Part shown: positions 1 through 13,799 of the stretch, in pieces | Numbering within the stretch: the first letter of the stretch is position 1 | Layout: the number at the start of each line of letters is the position of its first letter | From: Vicugna vicugna | Taxonomy: Eukaryota | Direction of reading: 5' to 3' | Assembly: GCA_013265495.1 (NCBI GenBank) | Contig: MU058463.1 | Span: 4,052,244-4,116,243, forward strand | Length of the DNA stretch: 64,000 nt | Made by a program: the position numbers and the translations under genes | Notes under the pieces: model-generated | Told to the model about the DNA's origin: nothing | The model's database searches: none | Seen by the model: the letters and a program-made list of their open reading frames with translations, nothing else

Positions 1-14
1 ATCTCTTAAAGTCT

Positions 15-265
15 GGTATAGTAGAGAGAAAGTATCCTTAGGCTTTGGAGCCAAACAGACTAGCTTCAGATACCTGCTCTTCCAAATGTTAGCTCTAAGA
101 CGTTGGACATTTATGTCATCATTCTACCACTCTAAGACTTATCATTAGATTGGGAAGGAGAAATACCTCCATTGTAGTGTTGTTCAGAGCAAATTAAGTA
201 AGGGAATAAAGTACTTGCCTCGATGTCTAACACAATATAGAAACTCAATAATTATTAGATATTAG
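15..265 (+). mobile_element. MIR SINE (degenerate)
   Basis: ggctttggagccaaacagactagcttcagatacctgctctt… resembles the MIR head; the tail also matches. Confidence 0.6.
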
Positions 266-744
266 TTCCTGTCTCTCCTTCTTTTATTATCCTAAAACTC
301 ATTTAAAAAACAATTGGTCTTAACAGATAGTTTTAATTATTAAAGTTATTGTTATTTTATATAACTTGTCTAGTAGTAAATAACTAGCAAAACAAATTTT
401 ACTTAACACTAAAACAACAATGAATAGAGTAATTCTGAATCCAGCTGTATTAATTTTCATTATACAGCAGAATTTTGGATGAGGTAAGTTCATCAGTGAC
501 TTCATCAAAAAGATAAATGATACCCAAAGACAAAAACACTTTCATTATGATGTTTCTGTCATGGATAATTAGGCGCTGGTACCTATGTCTCACGTTTTCT
601 GTATACAGTGAATCCTATTTTGGATGACTTTTTCTTAATGGATTTTTTTTCCCCATCTCTATCTGCCTATCTATTTCTGTCTCTGAATGTCTCTCTTAAA
701 ATTAGTTTATGTATTTAAAATCTTCTATTATGGCTGATATTCTT

Positions 745-990
745 TACAGTGTTATTAAGAGCAAGAACTAGAGTCACACTGCCTATATTCAAATCCTAGT
801 TTCATCACTTATTAGCTGTGTGACTTTGGACAAGTTACTTATCTTCTAGTGCTGCAGATTCCTCATCTGTAAAATAGGGATAATAATGGTACTTACCTTA
901 TGAGATCATTTTAGGGAATAATTTAATTAAAGTAAATCACGGAAAGTATTTAGGACAGTTTCTGTCAAGTAATAAACATCAATAAGTTCA
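745..990 (+). mobile_element. MIR SINE
   Basis: ttcaaatcctagtttcatcacttattagctgtgtgactttggacaagttactt…ttcctcatctgtaaaataggg: MIR core. Confidence 0.85.
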
Positions 991-1059
991 TTACCACCCT
1001 CATTGATTCATTAAAACTCATTTAACCAAGTCATCTATAAATATAACAGATTCAGTATA

Positions 1060-1263
1060 CAATTGACCCGTGAACAACGTGGGGGTTGGGGCACTGACTC
1101 TCCTTGCAGTGGAAAATCTGATTATGTAGCTCTTTGTATACATGGTCCCTCCCTGTCACTGGTTTCCCATGTGTGGATCGCATAGTACTGTAGTACTTAT
1201 TATCAGAAAAAATCCTGTATAAGTAAACCCGTGTTCAAACCTGTGTTGCTCAAGGGTCAACTG
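1060..1263. mobile_element. Tigger2-type (TcMar) non-autonomous DNA transposon / MITE, 204 bp
   Basis: TIRs CAATTGACCCGTGAACAAC … GTTGCTCAAGGGTCAACTG (3 mismatches in 19); TA TSDs at 1058-1059 and 1264-1265. Confidence 0.85.
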
Positions 1264-1353
1264 TATTTGCCCAGTTTGCTGCTAGAATTCATTTTACATA
1301 TCCTCTGTACATTATGAATAAATATAAACATGCTTTACATCTTTGTTGTAAAG

Positions 1354-1532
1354 GAAAATGTTAAATATGCTGTGCGCTTGAGGAACTATGGAAGCCGCAC
1401 AGCCAACGGAGACGGAGGAATGACCACAGTGCAGTGCCCGGATGGCGTGACGTTTACATTCAGCACGTGCAGCCTGAGCAGTAATGGCACAAACCAAACC
1501 AGAGGACAGATTCCGCAGATTCTCTACTACAG
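1354..1532 (+). CDS. MYCBP2: MYCBP2 exon, C-terminal part of PHR domain 2 (ENVKYAVRLRNYGSRT…GQIPQILYY)
   Basis: aag|GAAAAT acceptor; TACAG|gtaggt donor; 179 nt, phase 0-2; ends in the PHR-domain GQIPQILY signature. Confidence 0.95.
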
Positions 1533-2782
1533 GTAGGTGTGTTTATGGAGATCAAGGAGCTCCTCTAAAGCGGTAGAATGTGTACAGTTTACTACCAAGG
1601 TGAAAAATGCTGAACTGGTAGTGATAATTAAATTATACAATGTATCTTCCTTGCATGTGTTAATTCATATAAAAAGGTCTCATTTTAATATATTAAATTC
1701 AGTGTTTACTTTAAAATGTTCTTTGTCATTATCTCTTTAATATCTTTGAAATGTTTATTTATATACTGGGCGTATGTGCTATTTATTGTCACCTTTATAG
1801 TTTTGTGGTCTGCAGCTTCAAATTCAAATGGAATTTATTCATTTATTTTTTAAAAATACCAAAAATTAATGATCAAATCAACTCTGCTGAAATACTGGTG
1901 TTACCTTGATCCAGTTATCAAGTCTGTAGAATATTTTGATGTCTGTGAATCTAGTCCTTGGAGCCCTACAATATATAGTGATCTGCTTCTAATAATATTT
2001 TTATCAAAAAGCAAAAACCATTCCTTATGAAAACAGTTGAAAATAAAGAATGATAACAATTTTGAGTTAAAAAAAACTTTTAAATACACATTTCTCACTG
2101 AGTCTGATTTCTTTGTCTTATAGCAACTTAGCTGGAATCATAGATAGTAGTGAGTACCATTCACCGCATTTGTCCTCAACCTGACCTCACATCAAATCAC
2201 TGAAGCTGCATATTACTTTCAGAGACTGGCTGCTTCCTCTGTTTCTGTCATAAACAATCTGAAGACATGCCTAGACAGTACAAAACAGTTTTTCTTTAGC
2301 TGAAGATGATCTGCTTTCTTTCTTCATGTAAAATAGAATAAAAATACTACGCATTAGCCCTTAGAAAGAACCAACCCTACAAATACTGTGATTTTGAGCT
2401 TGAAACTTCCAGAACTGACAAATTTCTGTTTTTGAAAAAAAAAAATAATAGGCATTAAACAGCTACACAGTGGCATGTTGTTGCTGAGATACAAAAGCTT
2501 TCTAGTCCTTTTACCCCAACTGTGAAAAACCTTTTCTGTTGCATAGCCCCACAATAAGCAGTACATTATTCTCTTTCTCAAACCATAGGTTTAAAACCAA
2601 AAAGAGAATTACATATTTTGAAAAGCTGGAGAGCCCCTTAGAAGCATCTGCTACCCAGACTATATCTTATTAAAGTACAATATTTTCAGTATTGTGATAT
2701 TTTCCACCAAGGTTTAAATACCCTTAGCTTTAAATTTAAATTAAATTTAAAAAGATTAAAATTACTTAACTTTAAAAACCAT

Positions 2783-3830
2783 GCTACTCTGATGGCTCCC
2801 AAGTTTATATCGCTAATTCTGTCTCCTCTGAGCCCTGGAATGAGTATCCAGGTCCCTCTGACGTCTTCATCTGAGTGACAGGAATGGAGATGGTGATGAG
2901 CGTTCCTGTGTACTGAGCACTTCCTGTATGCCCTGCGGCATTCTCAGTGGTTTCCCTGTGTTAGCTCAGCTGGTCCTCACAGAAACTCCATGAGGTGGGC
3001 GGGGCGCGTTCCTATCCCTGCTCTATAGATGAAGGAACTGAGACTCAGAGTGGTTTAACAACTTGCCTGAAGTCACACTTCTAGTAAATTATGGTCCTGG
3101 AGTTTTAGGCAGGAAATTGGGACTTCAGATGACCTACCTTTAACCACTATACCACACACACATCTTCTTTAAGATTGGCTAATAGACATCTTAGTGGAAG
3201 GTACCCGAAGGGTTCCTCCTCATCTGCAGTTACAGTGAACACCTTGGGGTCATTCTTGACATCCCTATTTACCCCATGCTTTATATTAGTAAGTCCTGGC
3301 AGCTGTACTTTTAAAATGTCCCAAGTCTGACCTTTTCTAGCACTCCCATAATTAGCAATCTAGTCCAAATCATCACCACCCTTACCTGGATTCCCTTAAC
3401 AGCCTCTAAACCAGTCTCCCTCCTTCCGCTGCTGCTCTGCTATGGTCTGTCCTCCACAGCACAGCCAGAGTGACCTTCTGAAACTGTAAATCATACCAAG
3501 TTTGCCTTTGTTCCAAGTCCCCGCACAGCTTCCCCACCCCCATTCCAGTATAAAACATTAAGTCCTTACTGTGGCATGGGAACCTCATGTGATCTGACTC
3601 CTGTTGACCTTGCCCAGCCTGTCACCCTCCACCTTTTCTCCTTTCATTCCAGTCACACATGTCTTCATTCTGTCCCTTGAACTCACCAGTCTTGTTCCTG
3701 TCTGAACCTCTCTTGCTGTTCCTTTTGCCTTAATACTTTTCTCTCAGCTCAGATCTTTCTTAACACAATTCAGGCCTTTGTTTAAATAGCAGTTCCTCAG
3801 ACAGTCCTCGTGATCCTATTTAAAATAACT
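2783..3830 (+). mobile_element. L2 LINE fragment (end of ORF2/3' region), interrupted by a minus-strand MIR at ~2885-3155
   Basis: gatggctcccaagtttatatc… (ADDSQIYI-like), ctccacagcacagccagagtgaccttctgaaactgtaaatca: L2-like; inner segment gatgaaggaactgagactcagagtggtttaacaacttgcctgaagtcacac is antisense MIR. Confidence 0.7.
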
Positions 3831-3999
3831 TTATGCCTTTATTTGGCTTTATGTTTCTTTGAAGTCCTGTTGCTCCTTAAAGTTATAAGGTTGTGTATTT
3901 ACTTTTTTAACTTTAAATGAACTGTGATCTAGATATGATTCCCAGAATTCAGTCTTGTCTTACCCACCATGTAAAATGATCTCATGTGTTACATTATAG

Positions 4000-4142
4000 G
4001 AGTGAATTTGATGGAGATTTGCAATCCCAACTTCTGAGTAAAGCCAATGAAGAAGATAAAAACTGTAGCAGGGCTCTCTCTGTGGTAAGCACTGTTGTTC
4101 GAGCTGCAAAAGACCTCTTGCACAGAGCTCTTGCTGTGGATG
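4000..4142 (+). CDS. MYCBP2: MYCBP2 exon (RSEFDGDLQSQLLSKANEEDKNCSRALS…ALAVD)
   Basis: tatag|GAGT acceptor; GATG|gtaaga donor; 143 nt, phase 2-1. Confidence 0.95.
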
Positions 4143-4774
4143 GTAAGACTTTCATCTTCTTAATGGTCATATTTGAGATTCTTTATTCCCTAACTTGTGC
4201 AAAAAGGTGCTGAAGAGCCAGAATGTTTCATTCATTGTAGGTCTGCACACATACAGACTTTCGTAGTGTGCAGCTACGATCGGCCATGCTCCCTGTATCC
4301 TAGTGCAGAAGTTTTTTAAGAGTGTTCAAAAGCAATTACTGTATATTATTGTCTTCTTAGTTAACCCATTAAGAGAAAAACTCTTGATTAAACTGAATCT
4401 TTGGTTCTTTTGGTAGTCAAAAACATTTTGTTTTCCCCTTTAGACCTGTTTTTCTTCCTATATGTATTCCATTTCTAGTAATAGTATTATCATTCATCCA
4501 AGGTCTGGATAACCCTAATTAACTCCCCAGATACACTTGTTTAAATTGAGTATCTGAGTTCTTCCACTGGAAACTCTCCAGTTTGTATTCTCCTCTCTCT
4601 CTGTTCTCCCATAGCTGAGGCTGCCATGGCACAAGCACATGTCCTCTTTTTCATGGGTGGATAACATCCTCATAATTTCCCTGCTACCTTTCCCTCGCTC
4701 CCCATCTAGTTATCTAGTCATCCTCCACACTGGGAGCAGACTTACATTTACAAAAACATTGCTGTTATTTATAA

Positions 4775-4960
4775 TGTTTGTTCCTAAATCTAATTGCACG
4801 TCAAAGTCACCTGAGAAACTTGCTGAAAATAAAGACTATTTGGCTCATCCAAATTAGGGGTTTAGGCTGGATAGGTGTGGTGGTGGTGTTTTTGGTTTTG
4901 TTTTTTTTAACATAACTACCCTATTCTGATGTAATGGCAGATCTGGAAATAAGTATTTGG
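4775..4960. mobile_element. MER5A-like hAT-Charlie MITE (degenerate)
   Basis: tgcacgtcaaagtcacctgagaaacttgctgaaaat…ctattctgatgtaa resembles MER5A. Confidence 0.45.
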
Positions 4961-5069
4961 AAATAATTGGCCTTTAATATAAAGGTCTTCATAGTCTAAA
5001 CTCAACTTATCTTCCCAGTACTATGTTCATGGATAGATAATTAAAATGTCCATCAGCAAAGTGCTTTCC

Positions 5070-5520
5070 TTGGAGAAATAGGAGGCAGTATAGCTAATAA
5101 CAGCAAACATTTTTAGAGTACTTAATATGTGCATGTAGTATTTTAAGCATTTTACGTATATAAACTCACTGTCTTCATAGCATCCAGTGAGAGAAGTATT
5201 TAGTCCTCTTTTACAGATGAGTAACTTGCACACACAGTTTATATAATTGCCTAATGTCACACGTATAGCTATGTGTGACACCAAGAGTAGTCATGGCTTG
5301 AAATCATGGCTGTTCCTCTAGATTCTAATCCTGGCTCTGTCATTTAACAAGTGTATGATTTGGGATAAGGTGCTTAAACACTGTGTGCCTTGGTTTCCAC
5401 TTCTAAAAAGTAGTGATAAAATAAGTACCTCACTATAAGGATTAATTGGTGTAATGGATGTAAATAAAGCCCTTAGAATAGTGCCAGGTCCTTTATAAGC
5501 ACTCGGTCAATGTCAACTAT
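5070..5520. mobile_element. Nested MIRs: minus-strand MIR (~5095-5310) within a plus-strand MIR
   Basis: gagaaataggaggcagtatag head, then antisense ttttacagatgagtaacttgc…, then sense ttctaatcctggctctgtcatttaac…gtgccttggtttcc…. Confidence 0.6.
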
Positions 5521-5614
5521 AATTTTGCTCAGGGAACTAGAGTCTAGATTTAGTATAGTGTATATACATCACAATGAAATTACCTTCTAACTATGGTTTT
5601 AATGCCTTTTTTAG

Positions 5615-5715
5615 CTGATGACATTCCAGAGCTGCTCAGCTCTTCCAGTCTGTTTTCCATGCTGCTTCCCCTTATCATAGCCTACATAGGACCAGTAGCT
5701 GCTGCAATTCCCAAG
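5615..5715 (+). CDS. MYCBP2: MYCBP2 exon (ADDIPELLSSSSLFSMLLPLIIAYIGPVAAAIPK)
   Basis: tttttag|CTGAT acceptor; AAG|gtgtgt donor; 101 nt, phase 1-0; not in ORF track, read manually. Confidence 0.95.
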
Positions 5716-6442
5716 GTGTGTGATTTCATTCTATAACTTTGAATCTTTTTTGTAAATACAATTTTTTTAGACTTGGTGTCTTTCCTTTAAAAATACTTTA
5801 CTCTTTGAGGCACCTGGGTTACAGGTAACAAGCAGATAAACATGTGAATGGTAGAAGTTACTAGTTAAATAACTAACTCTCTGATTTTAGTATTGTTTAC
5901 TGGATTGCTGTACTTATTGGCTTATTGGCTTTGCATTTGAAGAATTTGGGAATTACAAATATATTTTAGAATATGATATGTAAGGAAAGCTTAAGTTCAC
6001 TGAGATTTTTAAGATTTATGATGTTGATGCCAAATCTTCATGTTGAATAAAGTCAACAAGGTAAAAGGATAGGACTGTTTTTAACTTGTGAAATATTCAA
6101 GACATGGAAAAAATCGTAAACTACTGATTCTTTGGCATAATTAAATTTGAGTGCAACCTAGTTTACTGCAGGTCACAAAAAGGCGAAAGTGTTTAAAAAT
6201 ATAGACTAGGTTATTTTCATATAACGTCTAAGACTTCTGAGGTAAATCTTTTTTCCCATAGAACAAATTTCTCTTTGAACAAAAACTTAGCTAGAATAAA
6301 CTCTGGATAGAAATTCTTAATAATAAGGGTAACCAACAGTTACAGCAATTATTAGTTTTAAAGCAGCTTTCACATTTATTATCTCATTTAATCTTTTTTT
6401 TCCTTTCTTTTTTGTTTTGTTTTTGTTTTTGTTTGGTACTAG

Positions 6443-6661
6443 GTGGCTGTAGAAGTCTTTGGCCTTGTCCAACAGTTGCTTCCTTCAGTTGCCATTTTGA
6501 ATCAGAAGTATGCACCCCCTGCATTCAATCCTAATCAGTCAACAGACAGCACCACAGGAAACCAGCCTGAACAGGGCCTCTCTGCTTGTACAACCTCTAA
6601 TCACTATGCTGTCATAGAGAGCGAGCACCCGTATAAACCTGCATGTGTGATGCACTACAAG
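6443..6661 (+). CDS. MYCBP2: MYCBP2 exon (VAVEVFGLVQQLLP…VIESEHPYKPACVMHYK)
   Basis: long T-rich tract then ctag|GTG; AAG|gtgggc donor; 219 nt, phase 0-0. Confidence 0.95.
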
Positions 6662-7229
6662 GTGGGCACCGATTCCTGGGCAGGGTTTAAACTTAAAACT
6701 TGGTTTCATGTTCCATAATCATGTCTTAAAGGTTACTTTGCCTGCATTCAGACGTGTAACTACTTTTATAGAATTTACATATAGAGAATCAGCAGGTGGT
6801 TAGTGTCAGATACACAAAAAGGTTTAAGACAATTTTTACTATTAAAGAGTATGGTTTTGTAGAGTTTATGAGAGTAGTTCTCATATCTTTTTACAAGTGC
6901 AGTGCAGTGTATAATGCTCAGCTGCATATTGTATACTGTAATAGTGGATATAAGCATTATAATTTAAAAACTAGTTTTTGAAATGATATTATTTGTACCA
7001 CAGCCTGAGCTCTGAAAATTTATATTCCCAATGTAGGATGCAAAATACTATACATAATGTAAAAAAAGTACATATAAAATATTTATAAATATAATGTTTT
7101 ATTAGAGTATTCATGATCCTTATTCTTTGCTTCCTAAATTGTATCATTTAAATTAAGGAGGAACAAAATGTGTCCACTTAATTTAATTATAAGTTTAAGT
7201 TTTATGCGCTTATAAAATACTCGACTTTT

Positions 7230-10200
7230 CACTGTAGAATATGGTAAACATACAAAAGGACAAACTAGTGCAGTTCACTACATTTATCCATCATCCCAGA
7301 TTCAGCAGTTATCAACTCTTGGTCAGACCTGTTTCATTTATTCCCCCACCCGCTTTGTCCCTTTATTGTTTTAAAGCACATTGGTGGATATTTCATTATG
7401 TGTCCTAAAATATAAGGACCTGCTTGAAAAAAACAACCATATTATTATCATACTAAAAGGACTGATAATTCCTTCATATCATCAAATGCACATTTTAAAT
7501 TGTTTGAATTAGAATACAGATAAGCTCCATGCATTGTGATTGGTTATGTCTCTTAAGTCTCTTTTAATCTATGGGTTCTCCTCCATCTCTCTGTTTTTTT
7601 GTTTCATTGAATTTTATTTAAGAAACTGGATCATGTGTCTTTTTTGGATAGGATCCACTTCAGCTTGCCCCCTGAGCCCTTTACACTCTTTGTAGTCATT
7701 CATAGCTTCCTCGCTCTCTAGTGTAAGATGTTCTAAGATGTTCTAGGCTCTGGTGTAAGATGTTATAAGAAAGAGGCTTGCTTATACATTTCCTGCTTCA
7801 TATCTGAAATAAGCCATTTTTTCAAAATGCCATGGTTCTTTTTAATGGTAATGTGTTTAAAAGCCAAAATATGGTACCAGAAATGTTCATTTCTCCTGGG
7901 TGATCATTGTTTCTAGATATTTATAGTATAAAGAACTAGCACATATACTCACACATAAACACATGTGCATTTATAAACACAAGCATATTATTTGTATAAT
8001 ACATGTGTGTATATTTATATATAGGCATATTTATGTGTATGTGTATTTTCTTTAAAAATAAAATACCTCATGAGTTTGTACTGATTGCTGCTTATTTAAA
8101 ATAAGGACCACAGGATGTTACACCTGAACCTCCTTCCTCATACAGCTAGAATTTCTGTTCTTAATGACACTGGGAATAATAGAATTAGAAAGTCAGTTAT
8201 TCATTTGCTCTGTGTGTGTGTGTGTTTTCATCTTTTGGACATAGCCCAATTAGGATGTATAGGGAAATGACTGTGTTTTAAAGTAAGTGGATATGATCGA
8301 TTGCTGTGCTTTAAAGTAAGTTGGAATAATCCCTGTCTGTGTGATTATGCTACTAATTGGATGTACATTCGACATCATTTGTTTTACTTTAGATTTTTAG
8401 GAATCACTTTTTAAATCTTGTTTGATATAATTTTAGTTACACAGTCTTAAGTCAAATCTATAAAACCAAGTGTATTCAAAGAAGTCTAGCTTTTATCTCT
8501 GTTCCCTCGCTCTGTTCCCTTCCTCTCTGCCATTTTTTCTTCCCAGGTAACTTTTCATACTATTATAATTTTGTAGTTTAGTCTTCCATTGTTTCTTTTA
8601 ATGTAAGCATAGATACACATTAACAGATGCAGAAGTGTGTGTATATTCATTCCTCATGTTTTTCAACTTTTTATTTCAAAATATTTCAAACCTGTAGAAA
8701 AAGGTAGTTAAGATTTGTGCAATGAACGCCCTCATATGCCCTTCACTTAGCTTCATCACTTAACATTTTACCATGTTTATTTATTTATTTATATTTATTA
8801 TTAGGCAATTTTGGAGTAAGTGAAAACATCACGACCCCTCACCTTGTTCCTAAGGTCAATGAAGTTTTCTGTATAACCACAATACACTCATCAAATGTAG
8901 GGAATTTAACATTGATATGGTATTATTATCACAGTAAAGAGTAGTATTACATCATGGTTTTTTTTGCCATTTGTCCCAACAATGGCATCCATAGCCTTTT
9001 TTAAAACCTGGATCTGGGATCCAGTTGGGTTCAAACATTGCATTTAGTTGTTAGCTTCTGTCTCCTTTAATCTAAAATGGTGCATTGGCATTTTGGAATA
9101 ATTCAGTCAGTGGTTTTGTGAAAAAAAATCCTTTTATTTGTATTTGATAGATCATTTTCTAATGATTAGATTCAGGTTATGCATTTTGGGCAGCGCTACA
9201 TGAGTGATATTGTATTCTCTCTCCTTAGTGCATCCTGTTAGGAAGAACTTAGTCACTTGACTAAGGACATAGCTCCACCAAAAAAGCACCTGATTTTTCC
9301 TTTGAAAATGTCTATGGGTAGATATCTATGGGTTAGAGACTGTGAAAAATTCTCTGAACACATTTTAGCATCCATTGGTTATTCTTAGCCAAATCATTTA
9401 TTACTATAGTGGTTGAAAAATGGTGGCTTTCTAATTCTGTTTCTCCACCCAGCCAATGCTCTGTTGTAAAGGAGAGTTTTCCCATTCCTTCCACTTTAAA
9501 TGTATGTGTGTATGTATTTATATATGTATGTATATGTTTGTTTGTTTGTTTATTTATTTTACATGTTTGTATCAATATAGACTCAAAGATTCTCTTTTTG
9601 CTCAGTGTTATAATCCTTTGCTGTCATTATTCAGTCTTTATACCATTTCCATTTATATATGCCACTGTGAGTATAAAACTACTATGTAAAATTAAGAATT
9701 TCTTTGTAAAATATTTATCCTTGGAGTTAATCCCACTGACACTAATATAATCAAATTACTTCATTCAGAAATGGCTTGGAGTAGTTCATTTTATGTATAT
9801 GTGTAGGTGGTATATGATCAGTTGGTACAAAGTTAAGCTTATTTGTTTATTTAGACTTAATTTATATGAGTTTTTTTCCTATCCTTCTTGATATAATTTT
9901 ACTATTAAAATATGTAAAACATTAAAATGGCTCCAGAAATAAAATTATACAAAATAATGTTCTCAGAATTACAAGTCCTTTCCCTTCTCTGCTTCTCACT
10001 TACTCCAGTAAGTATCCTGTTGTATCCATCCTGTGTTCTTTTGGGAAAAAATCAGAAAGATTGATTCATTCATTCATTGATTTAGATGTAGTCCTATTTT
10101 CTTTCTTTATTCAAAAAATGTAGCACACTATATATACTATTTTGCACTTTGCCTTTTAAATTTGACGTGATGTATAGAAATCTCTCCCTATCCATTTAAA

Positions 10201-10720
10201 GAAATCATCTTCATTGTTTTTTTACAATTTTGCAGTTCTCCACTGTGAAGATGTATTATAGTTTATTCAGCCCATCTTATATGTGTGAACATGTGGGGTG
10301 TTTTCAGTTTTTTGCAATATTTTTTTTTTGCAGGGAATAACTTTGTGCATATGTTTGGGGTTTTGTTTGTTTGTTTCCACATTGTTATAGCATATCTTCA
10401 AGGTAAATTTCTAGAAGTGAAATTGCTGGGTTAAACAAATACAGAATAAGGAGCCTTGTGCTCTGTAGATCTGGGATTGCGGATTCAGAGGGTGAATGCA
10501 TATGTTGTTTTGCTAGATGTTGACAAATTCCCTTCCATAAATTATACCATTTTGTGTCCCCACCAACAATATATGAGATCATTTATTTTCTCACAGCCTC
10601 CCCAACAGAGCATGTGGTTAAATTTTGAGCCTTTTGCCAATGTAATGGGAGAAATGGTCTCAATTTAGTTTTAATTTACATTTACGTTAATCTGAGCAAA
10701 GTTGAGCTTTTAATTTAAAT
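7230..10720 (-). mobile_element. Cluster of old L1 (L1M-type) 3' fragments, antisense to the gene
   Basis: typical antisense L1 3' text (ttctagaagtgaaattgctggg, ccattttgtgtccccaccaacaatatatgag, cattgcatttagttg); boundaries approximate. Confidence 0.6.
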
Positions 10721-11639
10721 GGAGATGTTTTAAAATGCTCTACTAAAAATGTTTGCCTAGGTTCTAGATAATTTTTTAGAATAATATTAATCTTAGGAAA
10801 TTTCTTAAGGTTTACATCATGTGCTACAACCAATTTATAGTTTACTATTTGACATGGTCCTACTTAACTGTAATTTGACCACCGTTACAGAAATCCTTCT
10901 ACTGTGATGGTGACAAAAGCTTAAAACTGGCCTTAAAAATACAAACAATTATGTGCCAAAATGAACTTACATATGCAGCAAAATTTTAGGTTAGGAAAAC
11001 ATAAAAATCTAGACTTCTACCAAGTGTGTATGTGCACATGTGTGTTTATATTTATTCTCATAATATATGAAGTTACAAAATTTTTTTGCTAATGAGGAGA
11101 AGCATTTGTAACAGATATTGTAGATGGTAGGCAACCTAAAAGTGACTAAAATCTTACCTTTTAATGATCTATTCATTTACGTCAGTGTATCTTTGTATTT
11201 TACCTATGAAATTATATAGTTAGTTACCTGCTTATATTCCTTAAATACATGCAGACTGAAATGGAAAATTTATTATATAACTAACTCTTCCACAGGAAAA
11301 TCAGGTAACTGAATACTTGTTAAAATTAAGCAGCTCTGTAATTGTTTTTCTAATGATATCAGTGTGTTCTTACAAACATTACTGCAATATTAACCAAGTG
11401 TTAGGTAGAAAGAAATAGATATTCAGGTAGGAAGTAGAGACAATTGATAATGACCATTAATAATACCTTGATTTCTGATTATATTTAAACTAGTCTGTTA
11501 ACTTCTTATTTAAAATTTATTTTACAGTATGTTGAAGGCATCATCTTTATAGTATGATGTCCTGTTTCTAAAACAGACAGAAAACTAAAATCTAATTCAT
11601 CTTAACAAATTCAAGTGTCCTCTTACCTGCTGACCTCAG

Positions 11640-11865
11640 GTGACATTCCCGGAGTGTGTGCGGTGGATGACAATCGAGTTTGACCCCCAGTGTGGTACTG
11701 CACAGTCAGAAGATGTCCTCCGTTTGCTGATTCCTGTTAGAACTGTGCAAAATTCAGGATATGGACCAAAATTGACATCTGTTCATGAAAATCTTAATTC
11801 CTGGATAGAATTAAAGAAATTTTCCGGATCCTCTGGGTGGCCTACTATGGTCTTAGTGTTACCAG
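11640..11865 (+). CDS. MYCBP2: MYCBP2 exon (VTFPECVRWMTIEFDPQCGT…WPTMVLVLP), probable FBXO45/FSN-1-binding (FBD1) region
   Basis: ctcag|GTG acceptor; CCAG|gtaaat donor; 226 nt, phase 0-1. The FBD1 assignment is from recalled domain order and is less certain than the exon. Confidence 0.94.
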
Positions 11866-12738
11866 GTAAATCATTTTTTTCTTTTCGATTTTATATGGTA
11901 AAATATATGTGTTTATGAAAATTGTGTCCAGTAAGGTTATATCATTGAAAATCTACATTTAAGTTTTAGAATTTCTTCAAGACCTACAGTATTTGGATTA
12001 CAATTGGATAGTAAAGACTCTCTGGGCAAGGGGCATAACATGGCCGAGTTTTAGAAAAGAGAGTTTTTTTGAGGATCTTTTGAGAAAAGATTAGCTTAAC
12101 CAAAGCAGAGAGTTAATAATGAAGAATGGCTGTCTATATAGTTGGAACCAAACCGTAGAAAAAGTGGAAGATTTTTATTTTCCCAATAAGTGCTGAATTT
12201 TGAGAACTTACCAAGGACTCCTTTCTTTCAAGAGAACTGGTAAACCGCCTAAGGCACTGAGTTGTAAAGCTGTTGTTTTCAGGCCTGAGTGTTTTTAACC
12301 AATTAACCATAACTACTCCTGTGATCTCTCAAACTAATAGCCAATTTGAATTCAGAAACCTCTTTCTTCTAGTCTGACCTGCCTTGTTTGTTTGTGAAGA
12401 GATAGAGAAAACCTGATTCCCGCATGGAGGATTACTCACTCTGGAATAGAAAAGGCTAATAATGTAGGCCTCAATAATTGACAGATAACTGAAAATGATT
12501 TTACTTTTGATTAAGGAGAATTTGATCATAAAGAAAAATAATAATTCACTTGGAGTGTTTTTATTGCTTCTGGTGTTGTTTTTAGCACAGGTTTGTTAAA
12601 GCAGTTATAGGAACCCCCAAACAACTCAGTTTTTTAGTACTTGATATGTGTTGCTACCGTTCTTGAGATGGATAAAAGTAAGGAAAATTTTAATAAAGTT
12701 GTTTCAGATTTTGAACTCATTGTTAGCTTTTTTCTTAG

Positions 12739-12857
12739 GAAATGAGGCCCTTTTTTCATTGGAGACTGCATCAGATTATGTGAAAGATGAGAAAGCTTCT
12801 TTCTATGGTTTCAAATGTTTTGCAATTGGATATGAGTTTAGCCCTGGACCTGATGAG
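12739..12857 (+). CDS. MYCBP2: MYCBP2 exon (GNEALFSLETASDYVKDEKASFYGFKCFAIGYEFSPGPDE)
   Basis: ttcttag|GA acceptor; GAG|gtgaga donor; 119 nt, phase 1-0. Confidence 0.95.
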
Positions 12858-13466
12858 GTGAGAATGAATTATCTTCTCATTGTGTTAAGGAAGATTGTGT
12901 TTCTAAGGGCTGCTGTTGTCTTAAATTGTATTTGCTCTCTATATTCAAGAAGTCTGAAATTTATTTCAAGCTGTGGTATATAATTTAAAATATTTTGTAA
13001 TTTAATTTTGTGCAGTGGTCTGTTTTTGCTACTTTTACTATGTAAAGAGAATGGAGTCTAGGCAACATGACCCTTGTGCCTGTTCCAAATCTGCTTTGGT
13101 GGCTGTGGCTCTTTGAGTAAATAATAGAACCTGATTTCACAATGGGACTAATTTAATATCTCTTCTACATGTTTTAAATCATACAATAAAAAAAGTCAAG
13201 GTGAAAAAATGATCATCTTCCTTCAAAGTAATGAATGAAAAATTCTTTGGGTAATTAACTGAAGGTCTGAGCCTTATAAACCAGCATGAGACAAAATATT
13301 GACCCTCTTACACTCTTAATTAACTATTAGCTAACACATGCTTCCTTTTAGTTTCTAAAGTTATGCTTGAATTCAAGTCACGTTCTTTTGATAATCCACA
13401 TCATCTTTCAGAAATTTCATCTTCCATTTTTTTAAAGCATCTGATTTTGTTTTTGCAATTCTCCAG

Positions 13467-13554
13467 GGAGTCATTCAGTTGGAAAAAGAACTAGCCAATC
13501 TTGGTGGGGTTTGTGCAGCAGCTTTGATGAAAAAGGATCTAGCACTTCCTATTG
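13467..13554 (+). CDS. MYCBP2: MYCBP2 exon (GVIQLEKELANLGGVCAAALMKKDLALPI)
   Basis: ctccag|GGA acceptor; ATTG|gtaagt donor; 88 nt, phase 0-1. Confidence 0.95.
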
Positions 13555-13799
13555 GTAAGTCTGGTCACATACTAGGTGTTTGTTTATGATTTTTAAAAAA
13601 CCTTTTTAAGAAGAATTTATTTTTTACAGGACGTTCTGAAAATAGATCAGTGAATTGAGTTCAGTAATCACTTACCTTCATGAGCAATAACTGCTTAATA
13701 TACTGGTGGTTTGGGTATTTTTAATGGAGACTGAAGAGTGTATCTCTCCAGTTTTTTGTAGTTCATACAAACACTGTATGCACATACATGTGATCTGCC

